A stretch of DNA of 64,000 nt from assembly GCF_003991195.1 (NCBI RefSeq), contig NZ_RCWL01000005.1:197078-261077 (forward strand), written 5' to 3'. The notes beneath the pieces were generated by a model. The model was not told the origin of the DNA. It did no database searches and saw only the letters and a program-made list of their open reading frames with translations. This document shows positions 19,202 through 29,898 of this stretch, piece after piece (position 1 is the first letter of the stretch; each line of letters begins with the position of its first letter). The position numbers were made by a program, and so were the translations under genes. This DNA comes from Gynurincola endophyticus. Its GTDB lineage: Bacteria > Bacteroidota > Bacteroidia > Chitinophagales > Chitinophagaceae.

Positions 19202-19777
19202 ATGAACGAAAATGAAATTACCGGTATGATTAACCACAGCAATGAACATATCAGTAAACTACATGACATTGTAAAGAAAACCATGCAGGAAGAAGAACTG
19301 ATCGTAAATAATTTACTGCATCCTCCCAAAGATATTCTAACTACCGGTCAGCGTGTTTCTGATAAAGTAGCGCGCTTTGGAGGTAGCTGGATGTTTATCA
19401 TTTTGTTTATCATCATTCTTTTTGGCTGGATTATATATAACTCTCTGACACCAAAAAGTGATCAGTTCGATCCTTATCCTTTTATCTTAATGAATCTGAT
19501 TTTGTCTTGTATTGCAGCACTTCAGGCACCCATCATTATGATGAGCCAGAACAGGCAGGAAGAAAAAGACAGGATGCGTGGAGAAAATGATTACCTGATC
19601 AATCTGAAAGCTGAACTCGAAATCAGAAGTCTGCATCAAAAACTCGATGTATTATTAGAAGAACAGGTGAGGGAACTGTATGAATCACAGGTAACTCAAT
19701 TAGAATTATTGAAAACACTTTCTGCTAAAATTGAAGCACTCGAGAAAAGAGTTGATACTCCTCCGGCAAAAGATTAA
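19202..19777 (+). CDS. DUF1003-like membrane protein
   Basis: Two TM helices and conserved DPYPFILMNLILSCIAALQAPIIMMSQNRQ followed by coiled coil. Confidence 0.55.
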   Translation: MNENEITGMINHSNEHISKLHDIVKKTMQEEELIVNNLLHPPKDILTTGQRVSDKVARFGGSWMFIILFIIILFGWIIYNSLTPKSDQFDPYPFILMNLILSCIAALQAPIIMMSQNRQEEKDRMRGENDYLINLKAELEIRSLHQKLDVLLEEQVRELYESQVTQLELLKTLSAKIEALEKRVDTPPAKD

Positions 19778-19813
19778 TGGATCGGTATAAATGGTTTAAG
19801 TGTCTTTAAATTT

Positions 19814-20527
19814 TTATTTGAAACCCACATAGGATGCAAAACAAAGTTTTTTATGCAGGAGGTCAACATTTTTGAATCCAACTTTTTCCATTAGTTGTAA
19901 TTGATACACCAGACTTCTAGGCGAATCTTCCTTTTCGATGTAACTAAATACATGGTCTCTATATTTTTCATCTTTTAATGAAATCAGATATTCTCCATAC
20001 TTTTGCTCGTAGATAAATTTTTGCAGCGATAAATTATTTTGTTGAATCAGATCGAATATCCAGATACTTCCGCCCGGAGCTAATAGATTGTACAGTTTTT
20101 TGAATGAGGTTTCCCAGTCCTGATCATCGCGTAAATGATGCAGTACTGCAGTGGCGATAATAACATCAAATTTTTGATCGGGTAAACCAACTGTTCTGAA
20201 ATCACTTTTAAAAGTAGTGACAGTACCGGTAGTTAATGTCTGAACGCGTTCTTTTGCTTTATCCAGCATCGGCTGACTAAGGTCTACCAACGTAACGTTT
20301 GTAGTACCGGTTTTTTGAAGTAGCTTAACAGGATAGTTACCTGCTCCACAGCCAATATCTAAAACCTCTTTTAAATCAGGATATAGCTGATTGATTGCAT
20401 CAGTAATTAAGTTCATGTTAAAGGTAGCATCAAGCGTAGTTGCCTGACCTGTTTCAAGGTTGGAAAAACGTTCAACGTCTTTGTCAAAACGTTCTTCAAT
20501 TTCCTTTAAACTGGATTTATGTTGCAT
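19814..20527 (-). CDS. Class I SAM-dependent methyltransferase
   Basis: Motif I VLDIGCGAGNY; motif post-I TLVDLS; ~237 aa. Confidence 0.8.
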   Translation of the reverse strand: MQHKSSLKEIEERFDKDVERFSNLETGQATTLDATFNMNLITDAINQLYPDLKEVLDIGCGAGNYPVKLLQKTGTTNVTLVDLSQPMLDKAKERVQTLTTGTVTTFKSDFRTVGLPDQKFDVIIATAVLHHLRDDQDWETSFKKLYNLLAPGGSIWIFDLIQQNNLSLQKFIYEQKYGEYLISLKDEKYRDHVFSYIEKEDSPRSLVYQLQLMEKVGFKNVDLLHKKLCFASYVGFK

Positions 20528-20645
20528 AACAAAAGGAATTTTAGATTGTACAGATTGTTTTGCTGGTACTGAGTACCTTTAAAGATAAATAAAATTCTGA
20601 ACAGATTACAGGGGGAGAATAGTAAATAGTAATTTTGGAAAGCAA

Positions 20646-20672
20646 TAAAAAAAGCCACTGTTAAACAGTGGC
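20646..20672 (-). terminator. Rho-independent terminator (minus strand)
   Basis: gccactg-ttaaa-cagtggc preceded by A-run on + strand (T-run on - strand). Confidence 0.6.
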
Positions 20673-20685
20673 TCTGAGAAAAGAA

Positions 20686-21570
20686 TTAGAATATAAAGGA
20701 CGTGATATTTCTGAATTTTTCATAAACAATGTTTGCTGCATCGTCATCTCCTGTATTAACTACATCATCAGAGATTGCATTTGTAATTTCCTCAGTACTA
20801 ACATTTCTCTTCACGAAATTTTTCATTTCATAAATGATTTTACCAAAGTCTGCATCTCTTACACCTACTTCAATTTTCAGAATACCTCCGTTTTCTTCAA
20901 AATAGAAGGGGTGTAAAAGGTTAATGCCTTTGTTAATATCAGCAGCTACGTAAAGCTCAAGTTTTTGTACAACAACTCTGTCGAACTCAGGTTTGGCAGT
21001 ATAAGTTACTTTCTTTACGGGATATCCTTCAATAGAACTGGTTTCTCCTTCGGTTCTTACATAAACACCCTCTCCGGTGGTGAGGGTAATGCCTGTTTCA
21101 GGAAGAAAATCTGACTCATAGCTAAATGACATGCTTTGACCGTTACCAAAAGTTCTTGCAACATATACATTTCCTTTAGCAGTTTCGGTATTCCAGATGT
21201 TTTGAGTTTCATGAGCAATTCCTCTACCCACTAAACGAACAATATTGCCTTTTATATAAATATCATTGCTGAAAATTGGTGATCGGTAAAGATGATCAAC
21301 AATACTCCAGTTGTCTTCGAACAGATTGCCCAGTGTATTATTTTCTTCTGATGTCAGATTACTCCAGGCATCATCGTACGCATATGCGGGATGTTTGCTG
21401 CTATTTTCAATACTGTTAAAGAATTTCGCTACCAATGGGTTTGTAAAAGTAACTTCCAATTCTATTTTTCCTTCCTGAAAGTTTGCATTGTTGTTGTCGT
21501 CGTCTTTGTCTTTCGTACAACCAACTAAAGAGATAATCGCTAAGAGAAATAAATAAGAAAGTTTTCTCAT
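20686..21570 (-). CDS. Lipoprotein, paralog 1 of tandem array
   Basis: Lipobox LVGCTKDKDDD; conserved KGNIVRL, GIAHE, LHPFYF, GGILKIEV, C-terminal ITSFIF. Confidence 0.7.
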   Translation of the reverse strand: MRKLSYLFLLAIISLVGCTKDKDDDNNNANFQEGKIELEVTFTNPLVAKFFNSIENSSKHPAYAYDDAWSNLTSEENNTLGNLFEDNWSIVDHLYRSPIFSNDIYIKGNIVRLVGRGIAHETQNIWNTETAKGNVYVARTFGNGQSMSFSYESDFLPETGITLTTGEGVYVRTEGETSSIEGYPVKKVTYTAKPEFDRVVVQKLELYVAADINKGINLLHPFYFEENGGILKIEVGVRDADFGKIIYEMKNFVKRNVSTEEITNAISDDVVNTGDDDAANIVYEKFRNITSFIF

Positions 21571-21663
21571 GGATAAAGTTTAATGATGTTGATAAATGTT
21601 TTGTAGCTAATAAACGGATACTCACACACTTATATTGTAATTGAAGATGGCATGTATAAAAAA

Positions 21664-21687
21664 TAAAAGCTACCTGCAGGTAGCTTT
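21664..21687. terminator. Perfect palindromic hairpin, probable bidirectional terminator
   Basis: aaaagctacctgcaggtagctttt flanked by A/T runs. Confidence 0.6.
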
Positions 21688-21699
21688 TATTTTTAGATT

Positions 21700-22593
21700 T
21701 TATACAAAGAAGGAGGTAATACTTCTGATTTCCAGATAAAGTGTTTCGAACTCTTCTGGTGTTTGGGGGTTAAGTGTTTCGGCCGGTGTTGAGTTGATTA
21801 ATTCCTGTGCGCTTACTGCTCTTTTTTCTACTTTCTTTAATTCGTAAACGATTTTACCAAAATCAGTTTTAATCATTTCAACTTCAATTTTAATTACTCC
21901 GGCTGCTTCATTGGTAATAAACGGATGCATTAAATTGATTGACTTATCTAAAGAAGAGGCAACATAGACATCAATCTTTTTAATTTCATAAAAATCCTGT
22001 ACAGCAGTTTTTACTGTGTAAGTTATTTTTTTAGCTGTAATACCTTCGATTGTGATCGATTCATTGGTTTCTGTTCTGGTAAAATCATCCGGATCTACAC
22101 TTACAGATAAACCTGTTTCTCCCAGGATGTTTTGTTCGTAGCTGAAACCAAGACTATTGTCATTCATTAAACTTCCAACATAATAATTGCCTTTAATGGC
22201 GTCATTGTTCCATAAGTTTTGTATTTCATGAGCAATACCTCTTGAAACACCTCTTACCTGCGCTCCCTTAATGAAAATTTCATTTTTTACTATCGGCAGC
22301 CTTACTAAATAACCGGCTATTGTTGGGTTATTTGAGAACAAAGAAGATAGTTGGTTGTCTTCTTCACTGGTTAAATTGTCCCACGAATCATAATACGCCT
22401 GCCATGGTAAACTGTTACCGGTTTTAATATAACTAAAGAATTTATTTACAACGGGGTTGCTAAAACTGATGTCCAGTTCAAGTCTTGCTTCCGTAATTTC
22501 TGAAGTTTGAGAGTTGTCATCGCCGTCTTTGTCTTTCGAACAACTGGCAAAAGAAATTAATGCCAATAAAAGTAGATAAGATAGTTTTTTCAT
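21700..22593 (-). CDS. Lipoprotein, paralog 2 of tandem array
   Basis: Lipobox FASCSKDKDGDD; shares motifs with paralog 1 (KNEIFIKG, GIAHEIQN, MHPF, IKIEV, ITSFFV). Confidence 0.7.
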   Translation of the reverse strand: MKKLSYLLLLALISFASCSKDKDGDDNSQTSEITEARLELDISFSNPVVNKFFSYIKTGNSLPWQAYYDSWDNLTSEEDNQLSSLFSNNPTIAGYLVRLPIVKNEIFIKGAQVRGVSRGIAHEIQNLWNNDAIKGNYYVGSLMNDNSLGFSYEQNILGETGLSVSVDPDDFTRTETNESITIEGITAKKITYTVKTAVQDFYEIKKIDVYVASSLDKSINLMHPFITNEAAGVIKIEVEMIKTDFGKIVYELKKVEKRAVSAQELINSTPAETLNPQTPEEFETLYLEIRSITSFFV

Positions 22594-22661
22594 CTATATT
22601 TTTTTGAAACAGATAAATGTTTTTTATTAAAACGAATGTGTATTATTCTTTTTTGCGCTTA

Positions 22662-23555
22662 TTAACGAAGGAATGACATGAGGTTTAATAATTTTTCATT
22701 TATCTCTAATTTCGTATCAAAATCGTTGTCTGTGATATGTTCCGGAGCTACTTTAATATCCAATTCGCCGGCAGTTACAGCTCTTGCTTCTACTTTGGTT
22801 ACTTCATATATTAATTTACCCATATCACTATTTTTGAAGTCTATTTCCATTTTAACAATGCCATGCTCTTCATTAGTATGCATGAAGTGTAAAATGTTTG
22901 CTTCTTTTCTGATCTGTTCAGAAACGTAAATTTTTATATTAGAAGTGAAATCGTACTGTCCGATTGTTTTTAGTGCGTAATTGATCACTTTTGTATTGAA
23001 GCCAAAAACAGTAGCGTTTTCATTCAACTCAGATCTGTCATATAATTCTTCTGTACTAATTGGGCTCAGCGTGCTGATTCCTTTAGCAAATTCCAGATCA
23101 AAAGTGAAGGAAAGGTTATTTTCGAATTCATTCTCTATATAGTAACTACCTGTTCCTTTGCGTATGTCCCATGCTTTTTCGATGTTATAAGATAATGAAT
23201 GCGTATTGCTTCTGGTATGATTATCTGAAATGAAAATTTCATTTTTTATAATTGGCAAAGTGTAAATAGCGAAAAATCCCATCGGATTATCGTCACGAAA
23301 GTTATTGATCGTTTGCTGCTCTTCATCCGTCAAAAGTTCGAACGCTTCTTCTATAGCCTGATCTGAACGTTTATCACTTTCTTTAATATAGTTTACATAC
23401 TTGGCTAAAGTAGGGTTTGTGAAAGTGTAAGAGTATTCAATTCTACCCTGAACGTAATTTTCTAAAATAGGTGCCTGGTCATCGTCACCTTTGTCTTTCG
23501 TGCAACTGGTAAATGAAACTATTGCTAATAGTAACAGATAAGAGAGTTTCTTCAT
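22662..23555 (-). CDS. Lipoprotein, paralog 3 of tandem array
   Basis: Lipobox FTSCTKDKGDDD; KNEIFISD, GIVKMEI. Confidence 0.7.
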   Translation of the reverse strand: MKKLSYLLLLAIVSFTSCTKDKGDDDQAPILENYVQGRIEYSYTFTNPTLAKYVNYIKESDKRSDQAIEEAFELLTDEEQQTINNFRDDNPMGFFAIYTLPIIKNEIFISDNHTRSNTHSLSYNIEKAWDIRKGTGSYYIENEFENNLSFTFDLEFAKGISTLSPISTEELYDRSELNENATVFGFNTKVINYALKTIGQYDFTSNIKIYVSEQIRKEANILHFMHTNEEHGIVKMEIDFKNSDMGKLIYEVTKVEARAVTAGELDIKVAPEHITDNDFDTKLEINEKLLNLMSFLR

Positions 23556-23639
23556 AGTTTTTTTGTTGATAAATGTCGTTAAATGAATGTGAACTATACG
23601 AAAAACCCCAAACCACGAGATGTGTTGGGGGTTCGTAAA

Positions 23640-24515
23640 TTATCTTGGAAGAGAAATGATCTGGTGAATTTTTTCACTGATTTCATTTCTTGCACCGTCT
23701 TCTTTTGAGTCAATTATATGAGCAGATGTTGAGTTGGTTAACTCATCATCGCTAACTGCTCTGTTCTCTACTTTCGCCACTTCATAAATCATACTGCCTA
23801 ATGTGTTGTTAGAATATTCCAGCTCTATTCTGATAATACCATTTTCTTCCTGAGTATATACAGGATGAAATGCGTTGTACATTTTGTCAATAGCAGTTGA
23901 AGTATGTACATGAATGGCTTTTAAGCCTTCACTCATACCTTCTTTCAATGTGTAAGTAATTTTTTTGGCAGGTAAACCGTTAAGAGTGGTGATAATAGAC
24001 TCCTCGTTTCTGTCGTAATAACCTGTTTTAAGCGGTAGATTTGTAATTAATCCTCCTAGTAATTCTAAATCGTAATCGAATGAAATATCATCGTCTCTTC
24101 TGTTGGTAATAAAATAATTACCCTCACTGGTGGTGTTATTCCATTTTTTCTCTACAGTGTAAGTGATAGAGGTAGATACCATTCTGAATTCGTCGGCTTT
24201 GAAGAAAATTTCATTTTTTACAAAAGGCTTCATAAAGAAGTCTTCCAGTAAAAACCAGCTTTCCATGCCTAATTCATCTAAAAATTCCAGTTCTTCAGCA
24301 GTCAAACCCAGTCTGGCTTCTATAATAGCTTCGGGCCCTACTTTATTACTTGCTTTCATTAACTGAAAAAATTTGTTAACGGTGGCATTCGTAAAGCTCA
24401 TTGAAAGTTCTATTCTTCCCTGATCGGTTACGGTTGGAGTATCACCGTCTTTGTCTTTCGAACAACCTACAAAAGTAATAACCGAAATAAACAGCAAATA
24501 GAAAATTTTTCTCAT
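23640..24515 (-). CDS. Lipoprotein, paralog 4 of tandem array
   Basis: Lipobox FVGCSKDKDGD; VKNEIFFKA, GIIRIELE. Confidence 0.7.
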   Translation of the reverse strand: MRKIFYLLFISVITFVGCSKDKDGDTPTVTDQGRIELSMSFTNATVNKFFQLMKASNKVGPEAIIEARLGLTAEELEFLDELGMESWFLLEDFFMKPFVKNEIFFKADEFRMVSTSITYTVEKKWNNTTSEGNYFITNRRDDDISFDYDLELLGGLITNLPLKTGYYDRNEESIITTLNGLPAKKITYTLKEGMSEGLKAIHVHTSTAIDKMYNAFHPVYTQEENGIIRIELEYSNNTLGSMIYEVAKVENRAVSDDELTNSTSAHIIDSKEDGARNEISEKIHQIISLPR

Positions 24516-24726
24516 GGATAATGTGTAATTAATGATGATAATTTTTTTTGTTTTTGAGAGTCATCATTAAACGGCGATCAATGAGAATATATTGTTGAAT
24601 AATTTTCAAAAGTTGTTGAGAAAGATTGAATTATGTAAAATAGCAGACGACTGCTTTTGTAGAGTACTTGTGAAATGCTACGAAAGTGGTATTGCTGGTA
24701 AAGGTTATTTGAAACTGATTAAAAAA

Positions 24727-25731
24727 TTATAGTGTTTTACTTTCTGAACGGATTTTTTGTACCTGTAAGATATTGTTCTGGATATCCTGCATAATCCATC
24801 TTGCCCACCAGCTGGCGTAGAAGTTAAAAGTGGTTTTTAATTCGAAGTAGCTGTATAAATGTAAGCGGTATTGATTGATGCCCAGTTGCTCGAGTTCATA
24901 AGTACCGTTTAATACATCAAAGTAATCGCCTCCTATGACGATGTGTTTGTCTAATGTTGTGGAAGGTATCTCATGTGGATTGGCAGTAATGCTGAATGAC
25001 ATTTTTTTCTGATGAATGTACTGAGTCACTTTTTCATGAAAAACGAGCCCGTTGGTAAAGATCGCTTCTCTGTAACCGCCTACCTCTTCATGGTCAAGTT
25101 CGGCTTTTACAGGACGTGGAAATTGTAAAAAACGCGTGAGATATCCTTTATCCATTTCTTCCGGAATTTCATGTACTCTTGTTACATTGTTCCATATTTT
25201 TTCGGCTGGAGCATCAATATCAATATAGGTATATGCCTGGTAAGTACCAGGAATTACTTTAATCATCTGTTCAAGAGGAGATATAAAGAAGGGTAGCAGG
25301 ATTAATAATTGAACGGTTAGTTTTTCGTTTTTGCGCAAAGTGCGGATAAATCCGGCTATTAAACCACCGATTGAGGAGGATACTAAAAATATGGGAAGTA
25401 TCATTACCCAGCAGGCCCATCCCTCCAGATTGATAAGCAGGGTGAGTACAAAAAATATTAGGATGGAAATCCAGGGATAAAGTATGCGGTATGAAATTTT
25501 TTTTATTTTTTCTTCGCTCGACCAGTTAATGGCTATTACACCAATAGCTACAGGTATTAGCCCGATAAATGTAATTCCCATCAGGTTGTATAACTCTAAA
25601 CTGATATCCAGATTGAATAATACTCTTGCGATTAATGCATAAACAACGGGTAGTACTATAGTAAAGAGAATGGTGTAAAATGTTGACTTTTTCATGAGCA
25701 TGCAATTCACTGTTGGCAATGGATGAGACAA
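24727..25731 (-). CDS. Membrane-anchored SRPBCC (Bet v1/polyketide-cyclase-like) domain protein
   Basis: About 5 N-terminal TM helices, C-terminal soluble ~180 aa domain; true start probably an internal Met (~25693). Confidence 0.5.
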   Translation of the reverse strand: MSHPLPTVNCMLMKKSTFYTILFTIVLPVVYALIARVLFNLDISLELYNLMGITFIGLIPVAIGVIAINWSSEEKIKKISYRILYPWISILIFFVLTLLINLEGWACWVMILPIFLVSSSIGGLIAGFIRTLRKNEKLTVQLLILLPFFISPLEQMIKVIPGTYQAYTYIDIDAPAEKIWNNVTRVHEIPEEMDKGYLTRFLQFPRPVKAELDHEEVGGYREAIFTNGLVFHEKVTQYIHQKKMSFSITANPHEIPSTTLDKHIVIGGDYFDVLNGTYELEQLGINQYRLHLYSYFELKTTFNFYASWWARWIMQDIQNNILQVQKIRSESKTL

Positions 25732-25734
25732 TAG

Positions 25735-26160
25735 TTAATCGGTTTCTATTACTTTTTTTATTGATTCGAGCATTGAGTTGATATGCGTCTGAAAAATCTG
25801 TTGCTCGATAATGGTGGGAATGTTTTCTCTTGTATAATTTAAATAGACTCCTCCTTCCTGCTCAGTTAACTGATAAGTAACTTCCGAATAGTTTTCCGGA
25901 GCGTCAGCATCTCCACCCATTCCACTCCAATAACTATATTTTAATAACGTATAGGGGTGATAAGTTAATACTACACCTTTATTTACAAAAGGTGTTCCGT
26001 GCATGTCTCCTTCCCACGTAATTGCACTGCCGGCCTTCCAGTCTGTCTTTAAGGTTGACCCTAAATACCGTATGACTTTAGAAGGGTTGACGAGCGCATC
26101 CCATACTTCTTCCACACTTCTGGTAATCAGAATGTTGCCCTGAACCGTTGAACTTGACAT
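25735..26160 (-). CDS. SRPBCC / AHSA1-like domain protein
   Basis: 141 aa; ITRSVEEVWDALVNP... typical Aha1/SRPBCC size and pattern. Confidence 0.7.
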   Translation of the reverse strand: MSSSTVQGNILITRSVEEVWDALVNPSKVIRYLGSTLKTDWKAGSAITWEGDMHGTPFVNKGVVLTYHPYTLLKYSYWSGMGGDADAPENYSEVTYQLTEQEGGVYLNYTRENIPTIIEQQIFQTHINSMLESIKKVIETD

Positions 26161-26208
26161 GATCTTTGTGTTTAACTTAGTGGAATATAGTAAAGATCAT
26201 AGAGTTTT

Positions 26209-27696
26209 TTATAAAAGTGTAAGTATATTTTTTTTCAGAATATTTACCGATTCGGTCATTTCTTCTATACTCAGATGCCCGAAACCTATACGCATTGCTG
26301 TAATGTGTTTATTCTGATATAAAATGTTTTTGGGAATAAACAAGTTGTCTTTGGCAGAGGCCTGTGAGAGTTTTAACAAGGATAATGGAAAATGCCATTC
26401 CGTCCAGACGGCTAAGCCGCCCGAGGGTTTTCTGTAACTGATAAGGTCTTTAAAGTGTTCGTCCAGTAATGTACAAATGTTGTTACGCCGTTCACGGTAG
26501 ATCGTCAGTGATTTTTTCAGATGCCGGTGTATATTTCCTTCTTCGATCATTTCTCCCAACACCTGTTCCATCAGAATATCACCCTGCTGATCAATAATGC
26601 CCATGTATTTTCTGAGTTCAGTAATCAGGTTGTCAGGAGCTACAACAAAACCGGTTTTAAAACCCGGAGCCAATGATTTACCGAATGATCCGAGATAAAT
26701 AACCATTCCTTCCACGTCTCCGCTTGCCAGCGGCATTATTGCCGAGCGCTCATATTGAAAGTCAAAATCAAAGTCATCCTCGATAATGGCAAATCCATAT
26801 TGTTTGGCGAGCTGTAATAACGCCACCCTGCGCGAAGCACTTAAGTTTACAGTAGTGGGATAGTGATGATGCGGAGTAATATATATACACCTGATCTTCT
26901 TTTTTTGTACTAACTGTTTTATAGAATCAATACAGATACCTTCATGGTCTACAGGAATGGTTTGCAAACTTGCACCCGCCTGCTGAAAAATCATGTTTGC
27001 AGTAAATAAGCTCAATTCGCCTACTAATACTATATCACCCGGATTAATCAGTACCTGTGCAATAATGTATAAACTCATTTCTGTACTGCGGGTAATAAGT
27101 ATGTTTTGTTTGGATATATGTAATCCACGTGATAAATTCAGATAATTTCCTAATTGAGTTCTGAAATATTCACTACCCTCGCGGTTGGAAGTACTTAATT
27201 TTTTTCGATTGATCTTTCTTTTTAAAGAGGCGGAATATAAACTCGACAAATTTTCTATTTGTGTGAGCCGGTAATCAGGTAAGCCGTCGTTAAAACTGTA
27301 TACGCAATCAGAATGTTCAAACGGATCGTCCAGTATATTCGACTGCTTAAATGAAAATCCGGTTTTCAACGGATATTTTGCCAGTGAAACAAGTTGATTG
27401 TAAGGCTTGGATGAGAATTTGGGAGCAGATTGGTAGATGATATAAGTTCCTTTGTTGGGCCTGATTTCTATCCAACCCTGCGCTTCCAGCTCGGTATAAA
27501 CAGCAACGACTGTTTGCCGGTGAACTTTTAGCAAAGAAGATAAAGTTCTTGTGCCGGGTAACCTGGATCCTACCAACAAGTAACCACGCTGAATGGCATT
27601 GATCATTTGCTGGCTAATTTGCAGATAAACCGCCGTATTGCCGGCACGGTCGATTGTAATAAAACTTTCGAAAGGAATATTAACCGGACTAGTCAT
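26209..27696 (-). CDS. MocR/GabR-type regulator (GntR HTH fused to PLP-dependent aminotransferase-like domain)
   Basis: N-terminal GntR HTH (LPGTRTLSSLLKVHRQTVVAVYTELEAQGWIEIRPNKGTYI); ~350 aa aminotransferase fold with Lys in GSFGKSLAPG. Confidence 0.85.
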   Translation of the reverse strand: MTSPVNIPFESFITIDRAGNTAVYLQISQQMINAIQRGYLLVGSRLPGTRTLSSLLKVHRQTVVAVYTELEAQGWIEIRPNKGTYIIYQSAPKFSSKPYNQLVSLAKYPLKTGFSFKQSNILDDPFEHSDCVYSFNDGLPDYRLTQIENLSSLYSASLKRKINRKKLSTSNREGSEYFRTQLGNYLNLSRGLHISKQNILITRSTEMSLYIIAQVLINPGDIVLVGELSLFTANMIFQQAGASLQTIPVDHEGICIDSIKQLVQKKKIRCIYITPHHHYPTTVNLSASRRVALLQLAKQYGFAIIEDDFDFDFQYERSAIMPLASGDVEGMVIYLGSFGKSLAPGFKTGFVVAPDNLITELRKYMGIIDQQGDILMEQVLGEMIEEGNIHRHLKKSLTIYRERRNNICTLLDEHFKDLISYRKPSGGLAVWTEWHFPLSLLKLSQASAKDNLFIPKNILYQNKHITAMRIGFGHLSIEEMTESVNILKKNILTLL

Positions 27697-27716
27697 TTTG
27701 TTGAATCTGGACTATT

Positions 27717-29624
27717 TTGATGTGCCGGAAAGGTACGAGTTTTGCCCTAAAGTCAATTGAAAATATGTTTAGGAAATTATGTGTGCTGACTCTTTTAGGG
27801 AGTCCTTTTTTCGCCCGGGCCCAGGATACGGCCACTTTAGGAGAAGTGATTATTTCAGAAAGCAGAATGCAGATTCCTTTTAATAAGAATGTCCGCAATA
27901 TTCAGATTATCACCAAAGAAGAAATTGCCCGCTTGTCTGTTAGAAGTATCAATGAAGTATTGAGTTTTATAGCCGGTGTTGATTTACGTCAACGCGGTCC
28001 GTTTGGTTCACAGGCCGATGTAAGTATTGACGGCGGATCTTTTGAACAGACACTCCTCTTGTTGAATGGAATTAAAATATCAGATCCTCAAACTGCTCAC
28101 CATTCTTTGAATATTCCAATTCCATTGGATGCTATCGAACGCATTGAAGTATTAAAAGGACCTGCCGCACGCGTATATGGTATCAATGCCCTCACCGGTG
28201 CAATTAATATCGTTACTAAAACACCTCAGTCGAACGGATTGGATGTAAATGTTTATGCGGGGTCTTCTTTTAAAAACAAAGAAGCGGGAGATGGTACTGG
28301 AATTTACGGTGGCGGTGGAGCCCAATTAACAGGAACCATTGCTAAAGAAAATCATAATCACCTGTTCACACTGAGTAAAGATTATTATAACGGACAACGT
28401 TACAATAGTAAGTCAGATAATAACAGGCTCTTTTATCAGGGCCGCTATCAGTTGCATGAAAAACATCAACTCGATGTAACTGCTGGTTATACACACAATC
28501 AGTTTGGAGCGAATGGATTTTATGCGAGTCCGATCGATAAGGAATCTTATGAAGTAGTAGAAACGTCAGTTTTCAGTATTTCATCCAGCCATCAGATTAC
28601 CGATAAGTTCAGACTGAGAGCCAGAATCAGTGACCGGTATAACGAAGATGATTATCGCTTTTACCGTGATGATTTAAGTCGCTCGAGATCGCTGCATTAT
28701 AACAATGTGCTGGCGGGTGAGTTACATGCCGGTTTACAAACAGGTATTGGTGATTTCGGAATTGGAGTAGAAACAAGATATGAGTCTATCCAAAGTTCTA
28801 ATATCGGTGATCGTAAAAGAAATAACCAGGGTTTTTATGCTGAGTATAAAACAGAAGCTATTAAAAATTTACTCTTAAATGTTGGTACTTATGTTAACTA
28901 TAATTCACAATATGGCTGGCAGGCATTTCCCGGAGTTGATGTTGGTTATAGCATTACTAACCGTTTGAAATTGGGTGCAAATATCGGAACCAGTCAGCGT
29001 ATTCCTTCATTTACAGACTTGTATTTGAACCAAGGTAGTGCCAATATCGGTAACGCTAACCTGGTTTCTGAAAATGCCTTCAGTTATGAGTTTAATGTGA
29101 AGTATCATACCAATGACGTTCAATTGCAAGCCGGTTATTTTAATAGAAATATCAGCGATTTTATAGATTGGATCAGAGAAACCACCGGAAATCCTTATCA
29201 ACCTTTTAACTTAGGTGATTTTAAAATGCAGGGTTGGAATGTGCAGATCGCACAACGCATCAATTTCGGTCATCAGCATTTGTTCCGGTACAGACTGAGT
29301 TATAATTTTTTAAGTCCGAACGAAATGCAACTTCCGGCCGGTTATAATTCTAAATATCAGATTGAGAGTTTAAAGCATCAGTTTTTGTTGAATACAAATG
29401 TGCAGTTGGGTGCATGGAATGTTTCTTTGAATAACCGTTATATCAAAAGAGAGATTAATAAGGGATATTATCTGATGGACATTCGCGCCAGTTATCAATA
29501 TAAAGCTTTCAACATCTATACAGACCTTACCAATGTACTGGATCAGGAATATGTAGAAACGGCTGCAGTACCAATGCCGGGCAGATGGGCTACTGTTGGA
29601 GTGAGATATCATTTTGGTAAGTAG
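27717..29624 (+). CDS. TonB-dependent receptor (plug + beta-barrel); start likely at internal Met ~27765
   Basis: Signal peptide ...SPFFARAQDT; plug motifs; beta-strand-rich C-terminus ending aromatic-rich. Confidence 0.8.
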   Translation: MMCRKGTSFALKSIENMFRKLCVLTLLGSPFFARAQDTATLGEVIISESRMQIPFNKNVRNIQIITKEEIARLSVRSINEVLSFIAGVDLRQRGPFGSQADVSIDGGSFEQTLLLLNGIKISDPQTAHHSLNIPIPLDAIERIEVLKGPAARVYGINALTGAINIVTKTPQSNGLDVNVYAGSSFKNKEAGDGTGIYGGGGAQLTGTIAKENHNHLFTLSKDYYNGQRYNSKSDNNRLFYQGRYQLHEKHQLDVTAGYTHNQFGANGFYASPIDKESYEVVETSVFSISSSHQITDKFRLRARISDRYNEDDYRFYRDDLSRSRSLHYNNVLAGELHAGLQTGIGDFGIGVETRYESIQSSNIGDRKRNNQGFYAEYKTEAIKNLLLNVGTYVNYNSQYGWQAFPGVDVGYSITNRLKLGANIGTSQRIPSFTDLYLNQGSANIGNANLVSENAFSYEFNVKYHTNDVQLQAGYFNRNISDFIDWIRETTGNPYQPFNLGDFKMQGWNVQIAQRINFGHQHLFRYRLSYNFLSPNEMQLPAGYNSKYQIESLKHQFLLNTNVQLGAWNVSLNNRYIKREINKGYYLMDIRASYQYKAFNIYTDLTNVLDQEYVETAAVPMPGRWATVGVRYHFGK

Positions 29625-29898
29625 AGTAGTATTTTTTACCATTAAGAAATTAAGAAGCTTCTACCGCTTCGTTTTGATTTGTTCTATCTGTTAATTGCAA
29701 TTTAAACATGAAGGTAATGAAGCTAAAAAGCGAATGAAGGATTCTGTCCATCAATGAACCATCAGCGTATTTGTTGCCGAAGTAACAACGTTACTTCCTC
29801 TTCATTTCTTCATTTCCTTCATGTTTACATTCTGATTAACCAATTGAAACTATCAAATTGTCGTGAGTATATTTTTATTAATTTTCTTAATGGTTCAA

